NCBI GenBank assembly: GCA_964525635.1
Contig: CAZGJX010000056.1
Location: 1 to 26,109 of the forward strand
Direction: 5' to 3'
DNA: 26,109 bases
From: an uncultured archaeon
GTDB taxonomy: Archaea > Asgardarchaeota > Lokiarchaeia > Sigyniarchaeales > SOKP01
A model generated the notes under the pieces. That model had not been told where the DNA came from, did not search any database, and saw only the letters and a program-made list of their open reading frames with translations. Position numbers and translations under genes: made by a program. Position 1 is the stretch's first letter. Each line of letters starts with the position of its first letter. Of this stretch, positions 9,210 through 17,922 are shown one piece after another.

Positions 9210-9382
9210 GCTTTTCTTTCTATTAATGAATAATTAATACATTTATAATTTTTAAAATTATTTACCAATAGAAAAGATATTATAGAGTATTTTCAAATTA
9301 TTCATATTTAATAATAAAAAACATTATAAGATGTAATTAATTTGATAAAATATCAATAATATGTTCTTTAAATTAGATTAAT

Positions 9383-9769
9383 ATGCCTTGTATCCATGGT
9401 CTTGATGAATTGAATTGTCCTATCTGTAAGATAACAGATTATACAATACCAGAGAAATTAAATAATTCGAAAAATGTTAGGAATAATCCATTAAAACCAG
9501 GAAATCATATATTTGATAAAAAAATAACTGAGAAAAGTATATTTCAGGATAGATTTAAAAAAAAAAATGATTTATTTCAATTAGATTTAATAAATCCTAT
9601 TTCAAATAATCCTTTTCTAAATGAATTACCTAATTTTAAAAATAAGATGTTTTTAAAAAGGTTAAAAGATATTGATTTGAAAAATCCTGATAAACATGGA
9701 ATCTCTAAGAAAATGTCGCTTGAGAGTCCTGAATGGAAGATAAATCAGAATGATGATAAAGAAAAATAA
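9383..9769 (+). CDS. Hypothetical protein with N-terminal Cys/His metal-binding motif
   Basis: Begins MPCIHGLDELNCPIC (C-x-H-x6-C-x2-C). The remainder is basic and N/K/P-rich. Confidence 0.7.
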   Translation: MPCIHGLDELNCPICKITDYTIPEKLNNSKNVRNNPLKPGNHIFDKKITEKSIFQDRFKKKNDLFQLDLINPISNNPFLNELPNFKNKMFLKRLKDIDLKNPDKHGISKKMSLESPEWKINQNDDKEK

Positions 9770-9917
9770 CTATTTCTTAATTTTTATTGAAGAATTTACA
9801 ATCTAAATTAAAAGTCTTATATATTGTTTCTTCCTAATTAATACATAATCTTAATTTTGTATAATTTAACTATACAAAATCAAATGAAAATATTATAAAA
9901 ACATCAAGAGGTGAGAC

Positions 9918-10556
9918 TTGTTGGAAATATCTTGGATTTCTCACTCATGTTTTAAAATTAAAACAAATAATGGAATTATAGTTTATCTGGATCCATATGA
10001 AATCCCTAAAAATGAAGAAAAAGCCGATATCATTGTATCAAGCCATAATCATTATGATCATATGGACGATAATGCAATTAACAATGTTCTAAAAGAGGAT
10101 ACAATTGTTATTGGTCCGGAGGCAATTGAAAGAAATTTAAAAAAATTCAATAGTAAAGCATTAAAACTTGGTGATTCATATGAAAAAAAAGGAATTAAAA
10201 TTGAATTAATTCCAGCATATACCATTAGAAAAAGTACTCATCCAAAAAGTAATCAATTCGCTGGAATTATTATTGAAGCCGAAGGAAAAAGAATTTATCA
10301 TGCAGGTGATACAGAACGAATTCCAGAAATGAAGGATTTAGAGTCAAGAGATATAACTGTTGCACTTCTTCCCTGTGGAGGAACTTATACAATGGATTTT
10401 GAAGAAGCTTGTAATGCTGCTTTGGATATAAAACCAGAATATGTCGTTCCTATGCATAATTGGAATAAAGATTTAAATGAATTTAAGAAACTCTTAAATC
10501 AAAAGGATCCAAATATAAAGGTGGAAATTTTAGAAAATACAAATTTGAAAATCTAA
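9918..10556 (+). CDS. Metallo-beta-lactamase-fold hydrolase (UPF0173/UlaG-like)
   Basis: HSCF, DPY, SHNHYDH (HxHxDH), YHAGDT, YTM, VPMH. GAGGTGA SD lies before the TTG start. Confidence 0.9.
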   Translation: MLEISWISHSCFKIKTNNGIIVYLDPYEIPKNEEKADIIVSSHNHYDHMDDNAINNVLKEDTIVIGPEAIERNLKKFNSKALKLGDSYEKKGIKIELIPAYTIRKSTHPKSNQFAGIIIEAEGKRIYHAGDTERIPEMKDLESRDITVALLPCGGTYTMDFEEACNAALDIKPEYVVPMHNWNKDLNEFKKLLNQKDPNIKVEILENTNLKI

Positions 10557-10709
10557 ATAAGTTTTAAATTATCTTTTACTTTATTTATTATTTTTTCTAT
10601 ATTTCTTTAAGTGATGATTTATATTTCTGTAAAACTATTAAATAAAATAATAAAATAATATAATTACAATATTCAATATAAAAATTATCTGATAGTTAGT
10701 TGACATATT

Positions 10710-12431
10710 ATGGAAATTGACCAAAATTTAATTGATGATACTAAAGTTGCATATATTTCTATGGAAATTGCTTTAGATAGTAATATACCAACTTATAGTG
10801 GAGGTTTAGGTGTATTAGCAGGAGATACAGTACGATCTGCTGCAGATCTAAAGATTCCTATGGTTGGAATTTGTTTATGTTATAGTACAGGATATTTTTA
10901 TCAATTATTTAATGAAAAAGGAGATCAAAAAGAAAAAGAAATCGAATGGAGTTTCTTCTATGAGTTTGATAAAGTAGAGAAGCCAATTACTCTTAAATTA
11001 GAAAATAAAATTATAAAAGTAAGTGCTTGGCTATATCGAGTTATCGGACAATCGGGACATGTTATACCAATATATCTTCTAACAACAGATGTTGAGGGAA
11101 ATGAACCATGGATGCATAAATTAACAGGTTCACTTTATGATTCTACATCAAGATGGAATAGAATATGCCAAGAAATTATACTAGGAATAGGGGGAGTAAG
11201 ATTATTAAATTCTTTAGGTTTCAACAATATTAGTACATATCACATTAATGAGGGCCATGGAGCATTTTCTACTATTGAACTTTATAATAAATATAAGAAT
11301 GATATTAAAAAAGTAAGAGAAAAAGTTGTTTTTACAACACATACGCCAGTTCCAGCGGGCCATGATCGATTTAACAATGATTTGATTAAAAAAGTCTTCG
11401 AAAATAGATTTCCTCCAGAAATGTTAAAATTAGGGAATGAAAATGGAGAATTAAATATGACCCTCTTAGCAATGAATAGTGCTAGATATATTAATGGTGT
11501 TTCAAAAAAACATGGTTTAGTAACTAGAGAAATGTTTCCAAATTATGAAATCGACTATATAACGAATGGAATTCATCTACCATTCTGGGTTTCAAAACCA
11601 ATTAGAAAACTCTTTGATAGAAAATGGCCTAATTGGAGGACACATCCAGAAGTATTACAAAATGCAGTTGAGATTGATGATTTGGATTTGTTTGATGCTC
11701 ATATAGAAAATAAATTCAATTTAATCAGTTACCAAAAAGGGCATTCTTGGAATTTATTGGATGAGGAACTCATTACTATAGGTTTTGCTCGGAGATTTGC
11801 TACTTATAAAAGAGCTGTTTTAATTTTTAATGATCCTGATCAATTAGGCAATATATGTAAGGGTAAAATCCAATTTATTTTTGCAGGTAAAGCACATCCA
11901 AAGGATCAAGAGGGTAAAAAATATATAAAACAAATATTCGAAGCAGGAGAATACCTATATGATAATTATGGTGTGAAAGTGATTGTCATGGAAAATTATA
12001 ATATGGATTTAGCCCATATGCTTGTATCAGGAGTGGATATATGGATGAATTATCCTGAAAGATATAGGGAAGCCAGTGGAACAAGTGGTATGAAAGCATC
12101 ACTCAATGGAGTTCTCAACCTAAGTGTATTAGACGGATGGTGGATTGAGGGATTTCATATGAATAAATTAGGAGGGTGGGCAATTGGTAAATTTCCAGAA
12201 GAGTATACAAAAGATGAGAAGATAAATGACTGGAATCGCGACGCTCATGATATATATGATATATTAGAAAATGAAGTTATCCCCACTTACATGAATCATG
12301 ATGAATGGCTTTTTAAATGTAAAAATGCTATTGCTTTAGCTGCTTTTTTTAATACACATAGAATGGTTGAAGAATATGCTGAAAAAGCTTATAAATTGAA
12401 AAGACAGAAGCCTTGGACATTTTTTGGATAA
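10710..12431 (+). CDS. glgP: Alpha-glucan (glycogen/maltodextrin) phosphorylase, GT35
   Basis: YSGGLGVLAGD, HINEGH, FTTHTPVPAGHD, ITNG, ARRFATYKRA, AGKAHP, and the PLP-lysine motif EASGTSGMKA. Confidence 0.95.
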   Translation: MEIDQNLIDDTKVAYISMEIALDSNIPTYSGGLGVLAGDTVRSAADLKIPMVGICLCYSTGYFYQLFNEKGDQKEKEIEWSFFYEFDKVEKPITLKLENKIIKVSAWLYRVIGQSGHVIPIYLLTTDVEGNEPWMHKLTGSLYDSTSRWNRICQEIILGIGGVRLLNSLGFNNISTYHINEGHGAFSTIELYNKYKNDIKKVREKVVFTTHTPVPAGHDRFNNDLIKKVFENRFPPEMLKLGNENGELNMTLLAMNSARYINGVSKKHGLVTREMFPNYEIDYITNGIHLPFWVSKPIRKLFDRKWPNWRTHPEVLQNAVEIDDLDLFDAHIENKFNLISYQKGHSWNLLDEELITIGFARRFATYKRAVLIFNDPDQLGNICKGKIQFIFAGKAHPKDQEGKKYIKQIFEAGEYLYDNYGVKVIVMENYNMDLAHMLVSGVDIWMNYPERYREASGTSGMKASLNGVLNLSVLDGWWIEGFHMNKLGGWAIGKFPEEYTKDEKINDWNRDAHDIYDILENEVIPTYMNHDEWLFKCKNAIALAAFFNTHRMVEEYAEKAYKLKRQKPWTFFG

Positions 12432-12465
12432 TTAATTGTTATTAATTGATTTATTTTAAAATTTC

Positions 12466-12960
12466 TCACTTTTTACCACAATTATAAAGCTTAAATGGAT
12501 AAATTTGGATATAATCTTCAAATTTCTGTTCTTGGAAATATTTATCTAATACTTGGTCTAATATATCCTCCATTTCATCAATTCCGGCTCTCATCCCATT
12601 TATATCTTTTGATAAAAGTATCATATAAGTTGAATTAGATTCGAGGTAAAAACATCCTTCTTTAATTGTAATATCGAGATAATTCTCCATAATATCATTA
12701 ATACATTGGATTAATTTAAAAGTTGAAAAGAATAATATCAAGTAAGATTCAAAATATGGTTCTTTCATATAGGAATCACGAATACCCGTTGCTTGAAGTG
12801 GAGTATTTAAATATTTTTGAAATAAATTCTGTAGCTTAATAATGTCCTTTCTGAATTTTATTTTATTATGATAAAATCTAAAATCATTTAATAATTTCAA
12901 TGGTTCTCCCTCTAAATAATCTATTGATATTGGAGGATATTTTAATTCAAATTGTTTCAT
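12466..12960 (-). CDS. Stand-alone GH20 domain-2 (zincin-like fold)-like protein
   Basis: EGCFYLES...MILLSKDINGMRAGIDEMEDIL...IYPFKLYN resembles the EgYxL...I.a.d..G.fyG..tL.Ql...p...I.D pattern of hexosaminidase domain 2. No catalytic barrel is present. Confidence 0.55.
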   Translation of the reverse strand: MKQFELKYPPISIDYLEGEPLKLLNDFRFYHNKIKFRKDIIKLQNLFQKYLNTPLQATGIRDSYMKEPYFESYLILFFSTFKLIQCINDIMENYLDITIKEGCFYLESNSTYMILLSKDINGMRAGIDEMEDILDQVLDKYFQEQKFEDYIQIYPFKLYNCGKK

Positions 12961-13112
12961 ATCTTTAACCTTTTTTTTTATTTTCAGTTAATTTAATACA
13001 ATAATTAAATTAAAATTATAAGGAATTTTTTTTAATTAAGATATTGTTCGATTTTTAAAAAACATCTGTTTTATGAATCAGAAATCAATATAAAAAAAAT
13101 TTTAACTCAATA

Positions 13113-14105
13113 ATGAAATTAGGATCCTTATCGTTAAGTAATAATTTATTATTAGCTCCTTTACAAAATGTAACAACTTCTCCCTTTAGGAGATTTTGTC
13201 GATATTTTCAAGATATTGGGTTAGTATACGTTCCAATGATATATACAAAAAGAATAATAAAAAATCCTAAATTTCTTGAACAAGAATTGATAAAGATTGA
13301 AGAAGAGCAACCTATATCAATCCAATTAGTCGGAAGTGATCCTAATACATTTAAAGGTGCATTAGAACATTTAGAAAGTTATAAATACGCTTCGATAAAT
13401 CTAAACGCTGGATGTAGCTCAGTAAGATCTTTAAAAACTAAACATGGAGGATATTTAATTAAAGATTTAGAGTTATTAAATACAATTATTAATTTAGTTG
13501 TTAAATATTCATCAAGACCAGTCTCTTTAAAAACTCGCATTGGTTATGATGGAATTGTTAATATTAATGAATTCAGTAAAATGATAAATGATTCAGGTCT
13601 AGATTTTATAATTATTCATGCAAGAACGGCAATGGATCGCTTCAAACCAATTAAATTAAATTTAGATGCCTTAAAAGAAATAAAGAGTAGATTAAATATA
13701 CCAGTAATAGGAAATGGAGATATCAATACACCTATGGATGCAGAGAATATGCTTAAACATACCAATGTTGATGCTTTAATGATTGGAAGGGAATCCATGG
13801 GAAATCCTGAGATTTTTAATAATATCCACGAATATCTCTCAAATGGTAAAATAATTTATCAAAATAACCATGTAAAATTAATGAAGAAAAGATTAGAGAT
13901 TTATGAAAAAATAATGAATGAGTTTATTCAAGATATATCATTAACGAGAGATATAAAAGAATATAAATTTAAAGAATTAAAGAGAAATGCTATATGGCTT
14001 ACAAGAAATATACAATTCTCAAATAAATATAGATATAATTTATGTCTTGCAAGAAATCTCAGAGATTTAAGAAAAATATTAGATATTATTTATTCTGAAT
14101 CATAG
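13113..14105 (+). CDS. dus: tRNA-dihydrouridine synthase (Dus family)
   Basis: LAPL..VT..PFR, QLVG, INLNAGC, HGGYL, KTRIG, IHART, GNGDI, MIGR...GNP. Confidence 0.9.
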   Translation: MKLGSLSLSNNLLLAPLQNVTTSPFRRFCRYFQDIGLVYVPMIYTKRIIKNPKFLEQELIKIEEEQPISIQLVGSDPNTFKGALEHLESYKYASINLNAGCSSVRSLKTKHGGYLIKDLELLNTIINLVVKYSSRPVSLKTRIGYDGIVNINEFSKMINDSGLDFIIIHARTAMDRFKPIKLNLDALKEIKSRLNIPVIGNGDINTPMDAENMLKHTNVDALMIGRESMGNPEIFNNIHEYLSNGKIIYQNNHVKLMKKRLEIYEKIMNEFIQDISLTRDIKEYKFKELKRNAIWLTRNIQFSNKYRYNLCLARNLRDLRKILDIIYSES

Positions 14106-14142
14106 ATATAAATGATTAAAGAAAAAAAATCTATACTAAAAT

Positions 14143-15165
14143 CTATTTTTTATATTTTTTTAAGAGTTCTTCAGGTGTAAATACACCATCTTCAGTTATT
14201 ACTCCTGTAACTAATCTAAAAGGTGTGATATCAAAGGCATAATTTAAACATTCTACACCTTCAGGAACAATCTGAACTTTTCCTAGTACATGTGATACTT
14301 CTTTACTATCTCTCTGCTCAATTTCTACGTCATCTATTATTTCATCAAGCGATAATGTTGATGTTGGAGCCGCTACATAAAAGGGAATCATGTTATCTTT
14401 GGCTGCTAATGCTACAAGATATGTACCAATTTTGTTAAAAACAGCATCAGAAGTTATTCTGTCTGTTCCAACAATTACTTTATCAATTTTTCCTAGTTTC
14501 ATTAATAATCCTGAAGATGTGTCAGAGATAACTTTTACAGGTATTTTATCATAATGTAATTCATAAGCTGTTAATCTTGCTCCCTGTAATCTAGGTCTAG
14601 TCTCATCAGCTATAACTGAAATGAGCTTACCTTGTTCTATAGCAGATCTGATTGGAGCTAAAGCTGTACCATATTGCACTGTTGCTAGAGATCCTGCATT
14701 ACAGTGGGTTAAAACGGTATCACCATCATTTAATAGTTCTGCGCCATATTTGCCAATGTTTTTATTTACATTAACGTCTTCTTGAGCCATTAATTTCGTT
14801 TCTTCTATTACTTCTTCAGATATTTCAAGAGAGGTTCCAATTGATTTCTTTATTACATTCATTATTCGATTTATTGCCCAAAATAAGTTTGAAGCTGTAG
14901 GGCGTGTATTTCTGATTATTTCAGCAGCTTCTTCCATTTTATTTAAAAAATCCTCTTTTGGAAGATTGTTATAATCAAGTGTAGCCAATGCCATTCCCAT
15001 AGCAGCAGCAACTCCTATAGCTGGAGCTCCTCGAATATTCATCACTTTAATTGAATTTGCTACATCTCTAAAATTATTAAATTCTAAAAATTTTAATTCA
15101 TGAGGTAAAATAGTCTGATCAATCATCTTGACTTTATTATTTACCCATTCTATTGATGGAATCAT
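14143..15165 (-). CDS. mtnA: Methylthioribose-1-phosphate isomerase (eIF-2B alpha/MtnA family)
   Basis: DQTILP, IRGAPAIG, RPTASNL, LTHCNAGSLAT, ETRPRLQGARLT, NKIGTY, FDITP. Confidence 0.92.
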   Translation of the reverse strand: MIPSIEWVNNKVKMIDQTILPHELKFLEFNNFRDVANSIKVMNIRGAPAIGVAAAMGMALATLDYNNLPKEDFLNKMEEAAEIIRNTRPTASNLFWAINRIMNVIKKSIGTSLEISEEVIEETKLMAQEDVNVNKNIGKYGAELLNDGDTVLTHCNAGSLATVQYGTALAPIRSAIEQGKLISVIADETRPRLQGARLTAYELHYDKIPVKVISDTSSGLLMKLGKIDKVIVGTDRITSDAVFNKIGTYLVALAAKDNMIPFYVAAPTSTLSLDEIIDDVEIEQRDSKEVSHVLGKVQIVPEGVECLNYAFDITPFRLVTGVITEDGVFTPEELLKKYKK

Positions 15166-15381
15166 TATATTACCATTTTTTTATTATTATTTTTATTCAA
15201 ATTCTTATAATAGAGAATACTTCAAACTATAAAGAAATTAAATTTAATTCCTATAAAAACATTGATTTTTTATGCCAAATTGTATTCTTTTTTATAATTT
15301 GATTTAGGGAAAAAATAAATATTTATAAATAATGTTGATAAACTTAAACTTTAATTATTAAAAAATATATTTTTTAAGACA

Positions 15382-16482
15382 ATGTCCATACCTATAATTC
15401 CTCATGGAACTATTCATGATATACTCATGTTATTTTGGTTTTCAGCATTCTTAACATTACTTTACATGACATATTTAATGATAAGAAGGGTAAGTAAAGA
15501 TAGAATTCTTTCAGCAATGACTGGATATGCTCTTTTTATTTTATGCTTTGCTATTTATGTATTTTTACGCGGTTTTTATTATTTTTTTAACTCTTCCTGT
15601 CAAATTTTTAATATGTGGTTTTTTGATTTTAGTTTCTTCTTTATGTGGTTAGGTTTTATATTTATAGTCTTTTTTACAGAATTAAGTAATAAAATAAATG
15701 ATCCTAAAAAAAAAAGAAAGTTATATTTTCCCTTTACATTAATTACCATATTTATTGATCCTATAATCCTTTTAGGATTTAAAGAATTCTTTGGAATTGC
15801 ATATGAAATAACAGGGGCAATAGCAGCAATTCCTACAATGATCACTCATTATAATTTTATGAATCAATTTAATAATTTAAATATTGTAAGAGTAAAAAAA
15901 CCTGTTCGGTGGTTCATTTTAGGCATGTTTTTATCAGGTTTTTCTAATGCACTCCACTTACCAGATATGTGGTCTTTAATCCCAAATTGGAATCTATTAT
16001 TACATTATAATCTTATTATAATTGGTTTATTTATGGCAAGTTATTGTTGGAATATATTACCTGATATTTCTGAAATGGATTGGTTGCAAAAATTAGATAA
16101 ATTATTAATTATTCAGTTAAAATCAAATGTATTGATTCATCAATTTTATTTTACAAAGGGTGAAATAGAACAAAATAATCTTGATGATATTGTGGGTAGT
16201 GCTCTTGGTGGGATTAGTTCATTATTAAAAGAAATTCTCTCTAAAAAAGGTCACTTAAGGGAGATAGACCATGCTGAAAAAAAGATTATAGTTCATCATG
16301 GACAAGCTACTATGTGTTTAATGTTTACAAGGGGGAGTTCAAGTGAAATTTTATTTCGAACAGAAATGTTTCATTTAGCATTTGAAAAAAGATTTGGAGT
16401 GGAAGAAATAAACAATTGGGTCGCAGATCTATCCATGTTTTCAAAAATAGATGACATCGTTATCAAACATTTCCTAAGATAA
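15382..16482 (+). CDS. ~7-TM membrane protein fused to a C-terminal longin/roadblock-like domain
   Basis: About seven hydrophobic segments in aa 1-225. The tail LDKLLIIQ..SNVLIHQFYF...DIVGSALGGISSLLKEIL...LREIDH..KKIIV..G...F...FEKRF...W..DLSMF has a beta-beta-alpha-beta-beta-beta-alpha pattern. Confidence 0.72.
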   Translation: MSIPIIPHGTIHDILMLFWFSAFLTLLYMTYLMIRRVSKDRILSAMTGYALFILCFAIYVFLRGFYYFFNSSCQIFNMWFFDFSFFFMWLGFIFIVFFTELSNKINDPKKKRKLYFPFTLITIFIDPIILLGFKEFFGIAYEITGAIAAIPTMITHYNFMNQFNNLNIVRVKKPVRWFILGMFLSGFSNALHLPDMWSLIPNWNLLLHYNLIIIGLFMASYCWNILPDISEMDWLQKLDKLLIIQLKSNVLIHQFYFTKGEIEQNNLDDIVGSALGGISSLLKEILSKKGHLREIDHAEKKIIVHHGQATMCLMFTRGSSSEILFRTEMFHLAFEKRFGVEEINNWVADLSMFSKIDDIVIKHFLR

Positions 16483-16740
16483 CCTTACAACTATTTATAA
16501 AAATTTATTTATTCTTATAATAATTACCAATTTCTATTCTAATTATCAATTTCATCTCAATAACAATTTTTCACTTATTCATACTATTATATAATTTTTT
16601 CATACTACAAATCTATCATTATATTAAACGTTATATTCATATTGATTTCGGAAATTTTCATATTATAGTTAATAATCCAAGGATTTAAAAATCTATTAGA
16701 GTATTTAATTAATAACAAATTATATTTATGGAGTATAAAA

Positions 16741-16860
16741 ATGAAAATTGTAAAAAAGGAAAAAACAACAAGTACTGCTTGTAAGTGTGGCGGAGGCTGC
16801 ATCTCAAACAGTTGTAAGTGCGGCGGTGGCTGCATTTGCAAATGTGGTGGCGGCTGCTAA
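16741..16860 (+). CDS. 39-aa Cys/Gly-repeat peptide MKIVKKEKTTSTACKCGGGCISNSCKCGGGCICKCGGGC (candidate RiPP precursor or metallothionein-like peptide)
   Basis: Manual translation. GGAG SD at 16730-16733, T-rich tract after the stop, and three identical peptide repeats encoded with synonymous codon differences. Confidence 0.85.
   Translation: MKIVKKEKTTSTACKCGGGCISNSCKCGGGCICKCGGGC
16780..16857 (+). repeat. Three imperfect 21-bp repeats, each encoding CKCGGGC
   Basis: TGTAAGTGTGGCGGAGGCTGC (16780), TGTAAGTGCGGCGGTGGCTGC (16813), TGCAAATGTGGTGGCGGCTGC (16837). All differences are at third codon positions. Confidence 0.9.
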
Positions 16861-16975
16861 AAACCTTAACTTTAAATATTTTTTTTAATATATTTTTTTT
16901 GTTTATTTCAACAATAAAGCCATTTTATTCCTATGAATATTTTAGCTTATTTCATATTTTATGTTAATAATTGAT

Positions 16976-17221
16976 TCATTTATTGCTCAGAATACTTTGA
17001 ATTTTAATCATTCTTATTTTCAAATTCTCTCTAATGATCTTTAATTGTTCATCTAAGATTTTATTAATTACTTTATTTATTGTTGGAAAAATAATGCCAA
17101 GATGCAGTTTTTTTAGATTATTAGAGATTTTGTTTGAGATCTTCGCAAAAATATAATCTAAATCTTTAATTTGAGTGGAAAATAAATCAACTATTTCTGT
17201 ATTTTTGTTTGACTCTTCTAT
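16976..17221 (-). CDS. Small helical hypothetical protein (~81 aa, probable ATA start)
   Basis: Part of ORF 16976..17251. AGGTG lies 6 nt before an in-frame ATA at 17221. Amphipathic helical pattern. Confidence 0.5.
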   Translation of the reverse strand: MEESNKNTEIVDLFSTQIKDLDYIFAKISNKISNNLKKLHLGIIFPTINKVINKILDEQLKIIRENLKIRMIKIQSILSNK

Positions 17222-17321
17222 TTTAAACACCTTTAAAGTTAAAAATATCAAAATTCCTAAATCTATAAGAAAACTGAAAAAATACAGAAAAACTCTGAAT
17301 AAAGAAAAAGGTGTTGAGAAG

Positions 17322-17465
17322 ATTCAAATTATTAGTCGTGAAGATTCCATTAAAGAATTAAATGAAAAAAATATAAATTTAATATCTAAATTTCCAAAAT
17401 TAAAACCTGGTTCATTAAAAGAAGATACATTAGTAGATGATGAAACTAAAATCGTAGAGAAATAA
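17322..17465 (+). CDS. Small hypothetical protein (~47 aa, probable ATT start)
   Basis: 3' part of ORF 17175..17465. AGGTG (17309-17313) precedes an in-frame ATT at 17322, and this start removes the overlap with the divergent ORF. Confidence 0.4.
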   Translation: MQIISREDSIKELNEKNINLISKFPKLKPGSLKEDTLVDDETKIVEK

Positions 17466-17642
17466 TTTAATTAATACTCTTTTTTTATTAATAAAATCAA
17501 TTAATAACATCTGATTTTAAATATAATTCTTGATATAATGTGCTGGTGAAAAATAGATATAAAAAAAAAAGAGATAATAAGTTAAATACTAATATTATTG
17601 CCAAGACGGCTAGAAATTGATATTTTTAAATGGTTTATTCTA

Positions 17643-17828
17643 TTATTGGACAACTACTGATTGTAATTCTATTTGAATGAGATAATCCATATCAGTATCA
17701 TCATAATAAACTGATTTATTTAAATCATTTCCTTGGACATTACTCTTCCAACCGCTTCCATGATCCCATAAAATCACAGCATACTAAGCAGCAGGATAGT
17801 TAAAAACTTCCAAAAATTCCAATAATAA
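17643..17828 (-). pseudogene. Fragment of a clostripain-family (peptidase C11) gene
   Basis: Manual translation LLLEFLEVFNYPAA*YAVILWDHGSGWKSNVQGNDLNKSVYYDDTDMDYLIQIELQSVVVQ* matches the C11 motif YPA-x-x-Y-x-x-I-L-W-x-H-G-x-G-W and the following DD..dyL...EL segment. Internal TAG at 17784-17786. Confidence 0.8.
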
Positions 17829-17832
17829 TCAT

Positions 17833-17872
17833 TAGACAAAATTATTGTCTATAATTACCAAATTATTGTCTT
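17833..17872. promoter_or_regulatory. Palindrome plus a phased second half-site, upstream of a TATA-like box
   Basis: TAGACAA-n5-TTGTCTA (17833-17851). AAATTATTGTCT is repeated at 17839 and 17860 (21-bp period). TTATATA at 17879-17885; next ATG at 17923. Confidence 0.5.
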
Positions 17873-17922
17873 ATTAACTTATATATCACGAAAATCTAAT
17901 ATAATTAAAAATTTAAACAAAA

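Noticed and set aside
8374-15845. Short ORFs 8374-8562, 13616-13798 and 15600-15845
   Set aside because: Each lies wholly antisense within a well-supported gene.
16605-16841. Minus-strand ORF with MQPPPHLQ repeats
   Set aside because: Antisense shadow of the CKCGGGC peptide. The plus strand has the SD, a terminator-like tract and purely synonymous repeat variation.
16780-16857. Repeats considered as a mini CRISPR array
   Set aside because: Units are 21 bp with 12- and 3-bp gaps, vary only at codon third positions, and no cas genes are present.
17784-17786. In-frame TAG as pyrrolysine in the C11 fragment
   Set aside because: The fragment also lacks a clear start and the catalytic Cys region, and is closed by further stops.
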